Origin: Candidatus Omnitrophota bacterium
GTDB lineage: Bacteria > Omnitrophota > Gorgyraeia > VGKH01
Length of the DNA: 64,000 nt
Direction: 5' to 3'
Assembly (NCBI GenBank): GCA_022703055.1
Contig: JAKLEP010000001.1
Location: 410,850-474,849, forward strand
Shown here piece after piece: positions 44,332 to 53,061 of the stretch. How positions within the stretch are numbered: position 1 is the stretch's first letter; every line of letters starts with the position of its first letter. The position numbers and the translations under genes are program-made. The notes beneath the pieces were generated by a model. It was not told where the DNA came from and did not search any database. It saw nothing but the letters and a program-made list of their open reading frames with translations.

Positions 44332-44510
44332 AGCCGATAAAGGTTATCCCCGACGAAAGTCGGGAGTCGCAAAGCCGACAGACCTAAATTGCTCCCTACA
44401 GGAGAGCTTGGCGGAGCCAAGTTAGACCGATAGCCGGTTAGGCAGAAGGAAAGAGCGATATGGTGGCTGGGTTGCCGAAGCGAAGGAGGATAGTAGATCC
44501 TTTATCGGCT
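44332..44510 (+). ncRNA. Unclassified structured RNA of about 180 nt (riboswitch-like leader or stand-alone sRNA)
   Basis: Perfect 12-bp closing helix AGCCGATAAAGG (44332-43) / CCTTTATCGGCT (44499-510). Internal hairpins include CCCGAC-GAAA-GTCGGG (44349-64) and CTTGG-CGGAG-CCAAG (44407-21). No ORF. Promoter upstream and terminator downstream. Confidence 0.5.
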
Positions 44511-44526
44511 TTATCTTTTTTATAAG

Positions 44527-44559
44527 CCTCTAACTATAAAGTTAGAGGTTTTTATTTTT
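44527..44559 (+). terminator. Intrinsic terminator between the structured RNA and the CxxCxxCC gene
   Basis: 9-bp stem CCTCTAACT / AGTTAGAGG, loop ATAA, followed by TTTTTATTTTT. Ends 8 nt before ATG 44567. Confidence 0.7.
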
Positions 44560-44566
44560 ACCAGAT

Positions 44567-44848
44567 ATGGAAGACCATTATAATAATTATCAAGAAAATA
44601 AATTAAAGGAATTTGAATCAGCCTGCCTGCGTTGCGGAAATTGCTGCGGCGCCGCCGACAACAACCCCTGTGAGCATTTAATCCCGGATAAAGACGGTAA
44701 ATATTTATGTGATATCTACGAACATAGATTCGGCCTGCATAAAGCAAAAAACGGAAACGTGTTCCTTTGTGTCCCTATAAGGAATATCCTTTTTAAGTCA
44801 TGGACCGGTTCGGAAAAATGCGCCTACAAAAAGATGCTTACTAGGTAG
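44567..44848 (+). CDS. YkgJ-family CxxCxxCC zinc/iron-chelating domain protein
   Basis: CLRCGNCCG motif plus additional Cys/His. 93 aa. No obvious SD. Confidence 0.6.
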   Translation: MEDHYNNYQENKLKEFESACLRCGNCCGAADNNPCEHLIPDKDGKYLCDIYEHRFGLHKAKNGNVFLCVPIRNILFKSWTGSEKCAYKKMLTR

Positions 44849-44928
44849 CTCTAAAATCTTACCCAAAAATTCTCTCAATAATAACTATTTTGTGATATAA
44901 TAACTTCACCTTAAGGAGGGCAATAATC

Positions 44929-45888
44929 ATGTTTGGTTTGAAAATAAGAATGTATTTATTGACTATCATATTGTTTGCCGTTGTGTATGCGATAGTCTCC
45001 ATGCTGTCCTATTCGGTATTCGGCATCGGAGATTTTTATTTTTATCTGGTTTTGTCGCTGGTATTTATGTTTATCCAATATATGGTAGGGCCGAAACTAG
45101 TGGAATGGTCCATGCATATACGTTACGTGAACCAGAATGAGTATCCGCAGCTGCACCAGATGGTGGCTGAGCTTGCACAGAAGGCAAGAATACCCAAGCC
45201 CAAAATCGGCATTGCCCAGATTTCCTTGCCAAATGCATTTGCCTACGGCCGATGGAAGTCCGACGGCAGAGTCTGTGTAACCCAAGGCATACTGGATTTA
45301 TTAAGCCCGGATGAATTACGCGCGGTTTTAGGCCATGAGATGACTCATTTGAAAAACCGCGACGTGCTTTTTATTACGTTGCTTTCGGTTGTACCTATGA
45401 TTCTTTATCGTATTTTCTGGAGTTTGATGTTTTATCGGGGCGGTTCAAGACGAAGTGACAGCGGCTACGTCGCGCTGGTGGGGCTGGCGGCGCTTATTTT
45501 CTATTTTATCACCAATCTTTTAGTTCTATACGCCTCGAGGATCAGGGAATATTTTGCTGACAGAGGTTCTGTTGCTTTAGGCAATCCCGCGCCTGAGCTA
45601 GCCACCGCGCTCTATAAACTTGTTTACGGCTCGGCCCGCATGCCCAAAGATGCTTTAAGGCAGGTCGAGGGCCTGAAGGCATTTTTCTTGAATGATCCTT
45701 CGCGCGGTTTAAAGGAATTACATGAGCTAAGAGAATTAGATTTGGATAGAAGTGGCACAATCGACGCCAATGAGCTTCTCGCCATAAGGACCAAGACTGT
45801 CAGGCTTTCTTTCGGCGACAAGGTTATGGAATTGATGAGCACCCATCCCAATATGCTTAAGCGTATAAAAAGGCTCTCTTCAGCCTAA
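44929..45888 (+). CDS. htpX: M48-family membrane zinc protease HtpX
   Basis: HEMTHLKNRD (HExxH), four TM segments, extended -10 TGaTATAAT and AGGAGG RBS upstream. Confidence 0.9.
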   Translation: MFGLKIRMYLLTIILFAVVYAIVSMLSYSVFGIGDFYFYLVLSLVFMFIQYMVGPKLVEWSMHIRYVNQNEYPQLHQMVAELAQKARIPKPKIGIAQISLPNAFAYGRWKSDGRVCVTQGILDLLSPDELRAVLGHEMTHLKNRDVLFITLLSVVPMILYRIFWSLMFYRGGSRRSDSGYVALVGLAALIFYFITNLLVLYASRIREYFADRGSVALGNPAPELATALYKLVYGSARMPKDALRQVEGLKAFFLNDPSRGLKELHELRELDLDRSGTIDANELLAIRTKTVRLSFGDKVMELMSTHPNMLKRIKRLSSA

Positions 45889-45900
45889 AGGAGAATTAGA

Positions 45901-46200
45901 TTGGGCAAATCATTTATCAGGGTCTATAAAGAGTTTGACGTAGAGGATGTTTCAAAACATCTTTTAATTTTCGGCGAACTCCTTGCTACTTGCAATAATT
46001 GTTCAAAATTAGGGCTTGCCCTAACGACCAGGACCTGCCCGGAATGTAAAACCGAATTTAGATTCGCAACTTTCAGCTCTACAAAAGAGCGGGAATCCCA
46101 GATGCACAAGATCGCCAATATGACCGATCTTATCTTCCTCGACTATGACGATTTCAAGCGGGTAAGCGGCAAGCTCAAAGCCAAGGATTTCTTCAAATAA
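45901..46200 (+). CDS. Hypothetical zinc-ribbon protein
   Basis: TTG start with AGGAG RBS. CNNC-x13-CPEC pattern. No family recognised. Confidence 0.45.
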   Translation: MGKSFIRVYKEFDVEDVSKHLLIFGELLATCNNCSKLGLALTTRTCPECKTEFRFATFSSTKERESQMHKIANMTDLIFLDYDDFKRVSGKLKAKDFFK

Positions 46201-46206
46201 ATCTAG

Positions 46207-47343
46207 ATGATAAACCAGCAAAGGTTAATTAAGTTGACCCAGAGGCTTCTTTCGATCGAGTCGGAAAATCCTCCCGGTAATGAATACCGTATCGCTATTT
46301 TTGTGGCCAAATTCTTAAAAGATGTAGGGCTTCAAGTCAAATCCTATGAATTTGCTAAACGAAGGCCTAACATCGTCGCTGTGTTGAAGGGAGAGAATTC
46401 CAAAAGGTCCTTATTGCTGTCTCCTCATATCGACACTGTTCCTGCCGGAAGAGGTTGGAGATTTGATCCCTACAAAGCAAAAATCTATAAAGGCAGGATT
46501 TACGGACGAGGGGCAAGCGACTGCAAGGGAAACCTGGCTGTCGGCCTGGAAGTAATCAAGAGTTTAGCCGAGGACAAAATCAAATTACGAAATGATATTA
46601 TTTTTGCTGCTACGGCTGACGAAGAAACCGGCAGCTATTTTGGATTAATCCCGTTGATTAAGAAAAATATCTTGCGGCCGAAGGCGGCTGTGATACTTGA
46701 TGCTGACGGCTCGGATATTATCGTCGCCCAGAAAGGGCTGATTCATTTTAAATTAAGCATTTTCGGCAAGAAGGCCCACGGCGCATATCCTGAAAGGGGA
46801 ATAAACGCTATTGATATCGCCGCTAAGATTATCTTGAAGTTAAAAAACCATAAATTCAAATTTAAAAAGCATGAATTCTTAAAGCCTCCGACGATAAATA
46901 TCGGTATGATTAATGGCGGAGACAAGGTAAATATGGTGGCAGATTGGTGCGAGGTCATGATTGACCTGAGGTTTTTGCCCGGGATGAAGCCCAAGGTTTT
47001 ATTGGATGCAATCAAAAAAATAGCCAGGCAAGAGGCTAAGAGTTTTAAAATTGATATCGAGGCAATTCAGGAGCCATCGGAGATGGATAAGAGGCATTAT
47101 TTGGTCGAGCGTTTATTAAAAGCCAATAAGAAGTTCTCTAAGAACGCAATTATCAAAGGTTCGGAAGGTGCAACGGTAATGAGTTGGTTTATAGATAAGA
47201 ATATTCCTACGATCGCCACCGGTTACGGCCAAAAAGGCACGGCTCATGCTACCAACGAATACGTAAAAATTAATGATTTATACAAAGGCGCTAGAATATT
47301 AGAGGAGTTTGTCAAACTTTACGATCGCTATGAAGCCAAGTAG
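46207..47343 (+). CDS. M20 family metallopeptidase (ArgE/DapE-like deacylase)
   Basis: SPHIDTVPAG, YGRGASDCKG and ADEETGS metal-binding motifs. Confidence 0.85.
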   Translation: MINQQRLIKLTQRLLSIESENPPGNEYRIAIFVAKFLKDVGLQVKSYEFAKRRPNIVAVLKGENSKRSLLLSPHIDTVPAGRGWRFDPYKAKIYKGRIYGRGASDCKGNLAVGLEVIKSLAEDKIKLRNDIIFAATADEETGSYFGLIPLIKKNILRPKAAVILDADGSDIIVAQKGLIHFKLSIFGKKAHGAYPERGINAIDIAAKIILKLKNHKFKFKKHEFLKPPTINIGMINGGDKVNMVADWCEVMIDLRFLPGMKPKVLLDAIKKIARQEAKSFKIDIEAIQEPSEMDKRHYLVERLLKANKKFSKNAIIKGSEGATVMSWFIDKNIPTIATGYGQKGTAHATNEYVKINDLYKGARILEEFVKLYDRYEAK

Positions 47344-48112
47344 AAAAATTTTAGTAACAATATTAATATTCTTGATTTTAATCAATATAATTCTGGTTTT
47401 GTATAATTCGCGGAATTATTTTAAAGAGACATTGAATAAAGGTTATGATTTCTCCAAAACCAAGATTAAATTCTTAGCGCCTGAAACCAAAAGCCTTCCT
47501 TTCAAAAACGGCGAAGAATTCGTATATCGAATAGATATGGGTTTTATTCCCTTGGGCAGGGCGCGTTTATCTTTCGGAGGGAAGATTAAAATAAAAGGCC
47601 AAGATCTCTATCTGATAAAATTCAAGACTAACACCGTCAATTTCAAGGACACAGAAACAATCTATGCCCAACCTGACACATTCTTGCCCGTGAGGATTGA
47701 AAGAGACATAAACATGTGGGGAGTGTCCAGCAAGATCGTCGAGGAATACAACCAGAAAGAAAAGTCTGTGAAGATAACCAAGACCGAGCTAGGCAAGACA
47801 AACGTCCAGACGATAAATAGCGATAGCGAGCTTCAGAATGTTATCTGTATGATTTATTATTATCGTCTTGACAACAATATCGAGCTCGGAAAAACAGTGA
47901 ATATAAATCTCCCTCTTAAGAAAATTGCCGTAGAGGCAAAAGAAATAAGGAAAGTAAAGTTGCCCAAAGGCAAATTTGAGGCATTTATATTAGAAAGTGT
48001 TCCCGGCGGCTACGATCTCTGGTTTGATACGGGCAAAAACAGGATTCCTTTAAAGATAACCGGAGCCATAACCTTCGGTAATGCGGCGCTGGTATTATTA
48101 GATTTTAATTAG
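47309..48112 (+). CDS. DUF3108-like secreted/anchored protein
   Basis: N-terminal TM anchor and beta-rich sequence with a YRIDMGFIPLGRA-type start reminiscent of DUF3108. Confidence 0.55.
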   Translation: MSNFTIAMKPSRKILVTILIFLILINIILVLYNSRNYFKETLNKGYDFSKTKIKFLAPETKSLPFKNGEEFVYRIDMGFIPLGRARLSFGGKIKIKGQDLYLIKFKTNTVNFKDTETIYAQPDTFLPVRIERDINMWGVSSKIVEEYNQKEKSVKITKTELGKTNVQTINSDSELQNVICMIYYYRLDNNIELGKTVNINLPLKKIAVEAKEIRKVKLPKGKFEAFILESVPGGYDLWFDTGKNRIPLKITGAITFGNAALVLLDFN

Positions 48113-48153
48113 TTTGCAGATTAAGAGATTATACTCTATAATTTATTAATATT

Positions 48154-49332
48154 ATGACACTACCAAACAAAAAAGGATATTTCGGAGATTTCGGCGGTAA
48201 ATTCGTTCCTGAGACTTTGATGTCTGCTCTTACCGAACTAGAACAGGAATATAAAAAGGCCAGAAAAGACAAAAAGTTTAAGCTGGAGCTAAATTATTAT
48301 CTTAAAGAGTATGCCGGCCGTCCCACGATTTTATATCCGGCGAGGAATTTATCTAAAGCTTTAGGCAAGGGAAAGATTTATCTAAAAAGAGAAGACCTTC
48401 TGCATACCGGCGCCCATAAAATAAATAACACCTTGGGACAGGTGCTTTTGGCCAAAAGGATGAAGAAGTCGCGCATTATCGCTGAGACTGGAGCCGGCCA
48501 GCACGGTGTTGCCACCGCTACGGTAGCAGCTATGTTTGGTCTCAAATGCGAAGTCTATATGGGCTCAGAAGATATTAAGAGGCAAAGATTGAATGTCATC
48601 AGGATGAAGCTTCTGGGTGCGAAAGTCATCCCGGTTGAAACCGGTTCCAAGACTTTAAAAGACGCCACTACCCAGGCAATCAGGGATTGGGTAACCAATG
48701 TAGGCCATACGCATTATATTATTGGTTCTGTGGTTGGTCCTCATCCTTATCCTGCGATGGTCAGGGATTTTCAGAGCGTTATCGGAAAAGAGGCAAGACA
48801 ACAGATTTTGAAGCTTGAAGGCAGGCTCCCGGATTATCTGGTCGCCTGCGTCGGCGGAGGCAGCAATTCCATGGGGATATTTTATCCTTTCTTTAATGAT
48901 AAAAAAGTGAAGTTTATCGGAGTCGAGGCAGCAGGTGTGGCTTTAAAAGAAGGCAAACACGCCGCAACCTTAGTCAAGGGAAAAATCGGAGTTTTGCACG
49001 GCGCAAAAAGCGATTTATTACAGGATAGATTCGGGCAGGTCGATATTGCCCATTCGATTGCAGCAGGATTAGATTATCCCGGCGTCGGGCCCGAACACTC
49101 ATTTTATAAGAAAATCGGCCGCGCCCAATATTTCGCCGTGACCGATAAGCAAGCGATGGAAGGATTTAAATTATTGTCCCAGACCGAGGGGATTATCCCG
49201 GCGCTTGAGCCGTCGCATGCAATTTATTATCTGAAGGTTTTAAAAAACAGGCTTAAGAAGGATTCCGTTGTAATCCTTTGCCTTTCCGGCAGGGGCGATA
49301 AAGACGTGGATATCGTCGAAAAACTGATTTAA
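48154..49332 (+). CDS. trpB: Tryptophan synthase beta chain
   Basis: PLP lysine motif HTGAHKINN and GGGSNSMG. Confidence 0.95.
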   Translation: MTLPNKKGYFGDFGGKFVPETLMSALTELEQEYKKARKDKKFKLELNYYLKEYAGRPTILYPARNLSKALGKGKIYLKREDLLHTGAHKINNTLGQVLLAKRMKKSRIIAETGAGQHGVATATVAAMFGLKCEVYMGSEDIKRQRLNVIRMKLLGAKVIPVETGSKTLKDATTQAIRDWVTNVGHTHYIIGSVVGPHPYPAMVRDFQSVIGKEARQQILKLEGRLPDYLVACVGGGSNSMGIFYPFFNDKKVKFIGVEAAGVALKEGKHAATLVKGKIGVLHGAKSDLLQDRFGQVDIAHSIAAGLDYPGVGPEHSFYKKIGRAQYFAVTDKQAMEGFKLLSQTEGIIPALEPSHAIYYLKVLKNRLKKDSVVILCLSGRGDKDVDIVEKLI

Positions 49333-50130
49333 ATGAAGAATAGAATAGACGCAAAATTTAGAGCTCTTAAGAAAGCCAGAAAGAAGGCATTCATTGTTTT
49401 TATCATGGCCGGCGACCCGAATATTGAGGCCACCAGAAAACTGGTCTTAGCATTCGATAAGATCGGCGTGGATATCGTGGAATTAGGCGTGGCCTTTTCC
49501 GATCCTTTAGCCGACGGGCCGATTATCCAGGCAGCAGGCCAGAGAGCGCTTAAGAATAAGATAAATCTGGATAAAATACTTGGTTTGGTAAAAAGTATCC
49601 GCCAGAAATCTCAAGTACCGCTTGCGCTGATGACTTATTACAACCCGGTTTTTAGGTTTGGCGAGAAAAAGTTTTTACTTGCGGCGAAAAAATCCGGAGT
49701 GGACGGAATTATTATTCCCGATATTATCCCCGAGGAAGAAGGCGAAATCATCAAAACCGCCAAGAAGATCGGACTGGCCAATATTTTATTTGTCGCTCCG
49801 ACAAGTAATAAAAAAAGGATAGAAGCAGCCGCAAGGTTATCGACTGGATTCATTTATTATGTTTCCCTTTCCGGCGTCACCGGTGTGCGCAGGAATTTGG
49901 CTAGCGATTTATCACGCAAGGTAAGGGAAATCAAGAAATTCACCCTGAAACCGGTCTGCGTCGGATTCGGCATATCAAATGCCTCACATGTAAGAGAAAT
50001 CTCAAAAGTTGCCGACGGAGTGATTATCGGAAGCGCCATCGTGGATAAAATCCAGAAAAATCTCAGCAATAAAGACCTGGTTGGAAAAGTCTCGCAATTC
50101 GTTAAACAATTAAAGAGCCCGCTAAAATAA
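49333..50130 (+). CDS. trpA: Tryptophan synthase alpha chain
   Basis: VELGVAFSDPLADGPIIQ and YYVSLSGVTG motifs. Starts 1 nt after the trpB stop. Confidence 0.95.
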   Translation: MKNRIDAKFRALKKARKKAFIVFIMAGDPNIEATRKLVLAFDKIGVDIVELGVAFSDPLADGPIIQAAGQRALKNKINLDKILGLVKSIRQKSQVPLALMTYYNPVFRFGEKKFLLAAKKSGVDGIIIPDIIPEEEGEIIKTAKKIGLANILFVAPTSNKKRIEAAARLSTGFIYYVSLSGVTGVRRNLASDLSRKVREIKKFTLKPVCVGFGISNASHVREISKVADGVIIGSAIVDKIQKNLSNKDLVGKVSQFVKQLKSPLK

Positions 50131-51402
50131 ATGTATAAGAAAACAGTCTTAAAAAATGGTTTGAGAGTGATAAGTCACAATATGCCCCAGCGGCAAACCG
50201 TATCCTTGGGTATCTGGTTCGGTGTCGGCGGCCGCTACGAAAGCAAAAATAACAAGGGCATTGCTCATTTTCTGGAGCATATGGTTTTCAAGGGCTCCAA
50301 AAAATATTCCAACCGCCAGATAAAAGAATCTCTGGAGGGAGTGGGTGGAAACCTAAACGGCTTTACTTCCGAGGAGATGACCTGTTATCTGGTAAAAATC
50401 CCCGCCCAATATCTTAAGCTCGCCCTTGATGTGCTTTCCGATATGGCAATAAACCCGCTTTTAAAGCCGCAGGATATTGAAAAGGAAAGGACGGTTATTG
50501 CCGAAGAAATCCGGATGTATAAAGACATGCCGGCGCATCTGGTCCAGGACAGATTGGATGAGCTTATGTGGCCGAATCATCCTTTAGGATTGAATATCGC
50601 CGGGACCGAAGAATCGGTGTCCAGAATCACCAAAGCTGATATATCAAATTTTAAAAATTATTATTACACGCCTGCCAATATCGTGGTGGCTGCCTGTGGA
50701 AATCTTAAACATGAGAAACTGGTTGAAGCTTCTAAAAGTATCTTCAACGGCAGCGCTCAAGACAAAGATTTAAGCTTTAAGGAAATTGTAATATCGCAGG
50801 ATAAACCGCAGGTCAGCCTGTTTTCTAAGGATACTGAGCAGACGCATGTTTCAATAGGGTTTCATAGTTTAAAGAGGGGCTCGCCCGACAGGCACGTCCT
50901 GGGTTTATTAAATGTAATCCTGGGTGCCAATATGTCCAGCCGCCTGTTTAACGAGGTGCGGGAGAAAAGAGGCCTGGTCTATGCAATCTCAAGTTTCGTA
51001 AGAAGATTCCACGATGCCGGCGCATTTACTATCCATGCCGGGACCGACAATAAGAAATTCATTGAAGTCATTAAAGTCATCATAACCGAATTAAATAAGA
51101 TAAAAAAGTCAAAACCCACAAGCTCAGAATTAAAGCGCGCCAAGGAATATTACATAGGTCAACTCACCATTGAGCTTGAGGATACCTTGGACCATATGAT
51201 CTGGATAGGCGAATCAACGATGGCGCTGGATAAAACCTATACCTACGGCCAAATCTTGGACCAGATTAAGAAAATAAATCTTGATGATATCTTGCGCATA
51301 TCCGATAAGATTTTTAAGAATCAGAATATTAACCTGGCGGTGGTCGGTCAGGGCGTAGATAGATCCAAGAAAAATATTCAGGAGATATTTAAATTAGATT
51401 GA
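50131..51402 (+). CDS. M16 (pitrilysin/insulinase) family zinc peptidase
   Basis: Inverted zinc motif HFLEHMVFKGS (HxxEH). Confidence 0.85.
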   Translation: MYKKTVLKNGLRVISHNMPQRQTVSLGIWFGVGGRYESKNNKGIAHFLEHMVFKGSKKYSNRQIKESLEGVGGNLNGFTSEEMTCYLVKIPAQYLKLALDVLSDMAINPLLKPQDIEKERTVIAEEIRMYKDMPAHLVQDRLDELMWPNHPLGLNIAGTEESVSRITKADISNFKNYYYTPANIVVAACGNLKHEKLVEASKSIFNGSAQDKDLSFKEIVISQDKPQVSLFSKDTEQTHVSIGFHSLKRGSPDRHVLGLLNVILGANMSSRLFNEVREKRGLVYAISSFVRRFHDAGAFTIHAGTDNKKFIEVIKVIITELNKIKKSKPTSSELKRAKEYYIGQLTIELEDTLDHMIWIGESTMALDKTYTYGQILDQIKKINLDDILRISDKIFKNQNINLAVVGQGVDRSKKNIQEIFKLD

Positions 51403-51403
51403 C

Positions 51404-52390
51404 ATGATTATTTTAATTGTAATTTTAATATTGTTTTTCACTGTTGTTTCGGCATTCTTGTCGGCTTCCGAGACTTCGCTTATCGGTATAAGTAAAATTA
51501 GGTTGAGAAACCTGGCCAATTCGGGGAAGAAAAATGCCGTAATTGCCCAGGATCTAATCAGCAAACGGCTGGATAAGGTAATCGTTACGATTCTAGTCGG
51601 AAATAATTTCGTGAATATTGCCATTTCAAGTATCGCTACCGCTATTTCCGTGTTTTTCTACGGGCCTAAGATCGGCGTAATTGTTGCTACTTTCTGCTCT
51701 AGTTTCTTCATCATGGTATTTTGCGAAATTGCACCTAAGATCTTCGCCGTGCGTTTTACCGAAAAGACCGCGCTTTTTGTCGCGCCGATAATGAAAGCGC
51801 TTTTGGGTGTTTTTGGCCCTATCGCCAATTTCTTTACCAAACTCGGCAATCTAATCGTAAGAATTCTTGGCGGAAGCCCGGCAAAACGCTCACCTCTTGT
51901 GACAGAAGAGGAATTGAGGCTGATGATAGAAGTCGGCAAAGAAGAAGGCGTATTGACCGACGAAGAAAGAAAGATGCTGCATAGGATCTTTGAGTTCGGC
52001 GATACCTTGGTTTCGCAGGCGATGAAGAAGAAAGAGGATATCGTGGCAATCGATGTCAATGCTTCTCAAGAAGATTTCTTGAATAAATGCCTTGAAGAGG
52101 GCCATTCCCGTATCCCGGTTTATGAAGGCTCGATCGATAATATTATAGGAATCATTGATGCCCATGCCATGCTGTATGTGTTAAAGAACAAGCAGTTGTT
52201 TGTTATCCGTGATCTTATAGAAGGTGCCTATTATGTCGAGCCGGCCAAAAGGGTCAATGAGCTCTTGAGGGAATTTCAGCAGAAGAAAATCCAGATTGCC
52301 ATCGTAGTTGACAAGAACAAGAAGACTCAGGGATTAGTCACGCTCGAAGACCTGATAGAAGAAATCGTGGGCGAGATAGAAGAAGAATAG
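51404..52390 (+). CDS. CNNM/HlyC-CorC family transporter (DUF21 + CBS pair; no CorC_HlyC C-terminal domain)
   Basis: Four N-terminal TM helices (DUF21) and a CBS pair. Ends at 328 aa. Confidence 0.85.
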   Translation: MIILIVILILFFTVVSAFLSASETSLIGISKIRLRNLANSGKKNAVIAQDLISKRLDKVIVTILVGNNFVNIAISSIATAISVFFYGPKIGVIVATFCSSFFIMVFCEIAPKIFAVRFTEKTALFVAPIMKALLGVFGPIANFFTKLGNLIVRILGGSPAKRSPLVTEEELRLMIEVGKEEGVLTDEERKMLHRIFEFGDTLVSQAMKKKEDIVAIDVNASQEDFLNKCLEEGHSRIPVYEGSIDNIIGIIDAHAMLYVLKNKQLFVIRDLIEGAYYVEPAKRVNELLREFQQKKIQIAIVVDKNKKTQGLVTLEDLIEEIVGEIEEE

Positions 52391-52497
52391 CTTGTGCTCT
52401 TTAATCTAAAATTTACGATTTTATTGACAAAGCTCAAATTCTGTGGTAAAAAACATTAAGTTTCTCAAACCAAACAAACCATATAGGGAGGTGTTTA

Positions 52498-52638
52498 ATG
52501 AAGGCTTACTGCGTAAAGTGCAAAGATAAGAGAGAAATGAAAGACGGAAAAGAAGTTACCATGAAAAACAAACGCAAGGCAATGAAAGGCAAATGTCCTA
52601 CTTGCGGCACCAGCATGTTCTGTATCTTAGGAAAGTAA
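52498..52638 (+). CDS. 46-aa zinc-ribbon protein (DUF5679-like), absent from the ORF track
   Basis: My translation: MKAYCVKCKDKREMKDGKEVTMKNKRKAMKGKCPTCGTSMFCILGK. Strong RBS GGGAGG 7 nt upstream. CxxC-x24-CxxC. TTGACA promoter upstream. Confidence 0.6.
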   Translation: MKAYCVKCKDKREMKDGKEVTMKNKRKAMKGKCPTCGTSMFCILGK

Positions 52639-52753
52639 AATCAGGAATAATAAAGTAGTCAAAAAAGGCAAGTCTTTAAGTACAAAATCAAAAGCAGTAT
52701 TAGTAGCCGATTGCGCGGCTGATAAGAAAGCCGACAAGATTGTTATTCTTGAT

Positions 52754-53032
52754 ATGCGCAAGGTTGCTAACTTCTGCGATTTTTTTATTGTCTGTAGCGG
52801 CTCCTCGGATAGGCGGGTAAAGGCGATTGCCGATGGCATAATCGAAGGCCTGGAGGCAAAATCAATGCATATCCACCATGCCGAGGGGCGCGAACAGGCC
52901 AAATGGATAGTGATAGATCTCGGAGATATCCTGGTTCACATCTTTGAAGAAAAGGTCCGAGATTTTTATAATTTAGAGCACCTTTGGCAGGACGCCAAAA
53001 GGCTCGCTTACAAGAACAAAAGTGCTGATTAA
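52754..53032 (+). CDS. rsfS: Ribosomal silencing factor RsfS (start codon unresolved; homology extends upstream to about 52680)
   Basis: DFFIVCSGSSDRRVKAIADGI and WIVIDLGDILVHIF are RsfS hallmarks. The in-frame upstream sequence (AVLVADCAADKKADKIVILD) also looks like RsfS but has no ATG/GTG/TTG. Confidence 0.8.
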   Translation: MRKVANFCDFFIVCSGSSDRRVKAIADGIIEGLEAKSMHIHHAEGREQAKWIVIDLGDILVHIFEEKVRDFYNLEHLWQDAKRLAYKNKSAD

Positions 53033-53061
53033 CCGACCAGTCGATAGAGAACTTCTAAAAG

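Noticed and set aside
44332-44510. Assigning the structured RNA to c-di-GMP-I, c-di-AMP (ydaO), glycine, cobalamin, SRP, RNase P or 6S classes
   Set aside because: Only fragmentary motif resemblance could be recalled by eye, for example CGCAAAGCC, CCUAAA, GGAGAG and CCGAAG. The length and architecture fit none of these cleanly. A class call needs a covariance-model search.
40428-48112. Idea that the block splitting the trp operon is a mobile element
   Set aside because: No integrase, transposase or recombinase is present, and I could find no terminal direct or inverted repeats. It contains housekeeping-type genes (htpX, M20 peptidase). It is kept only as a synteny oddity.
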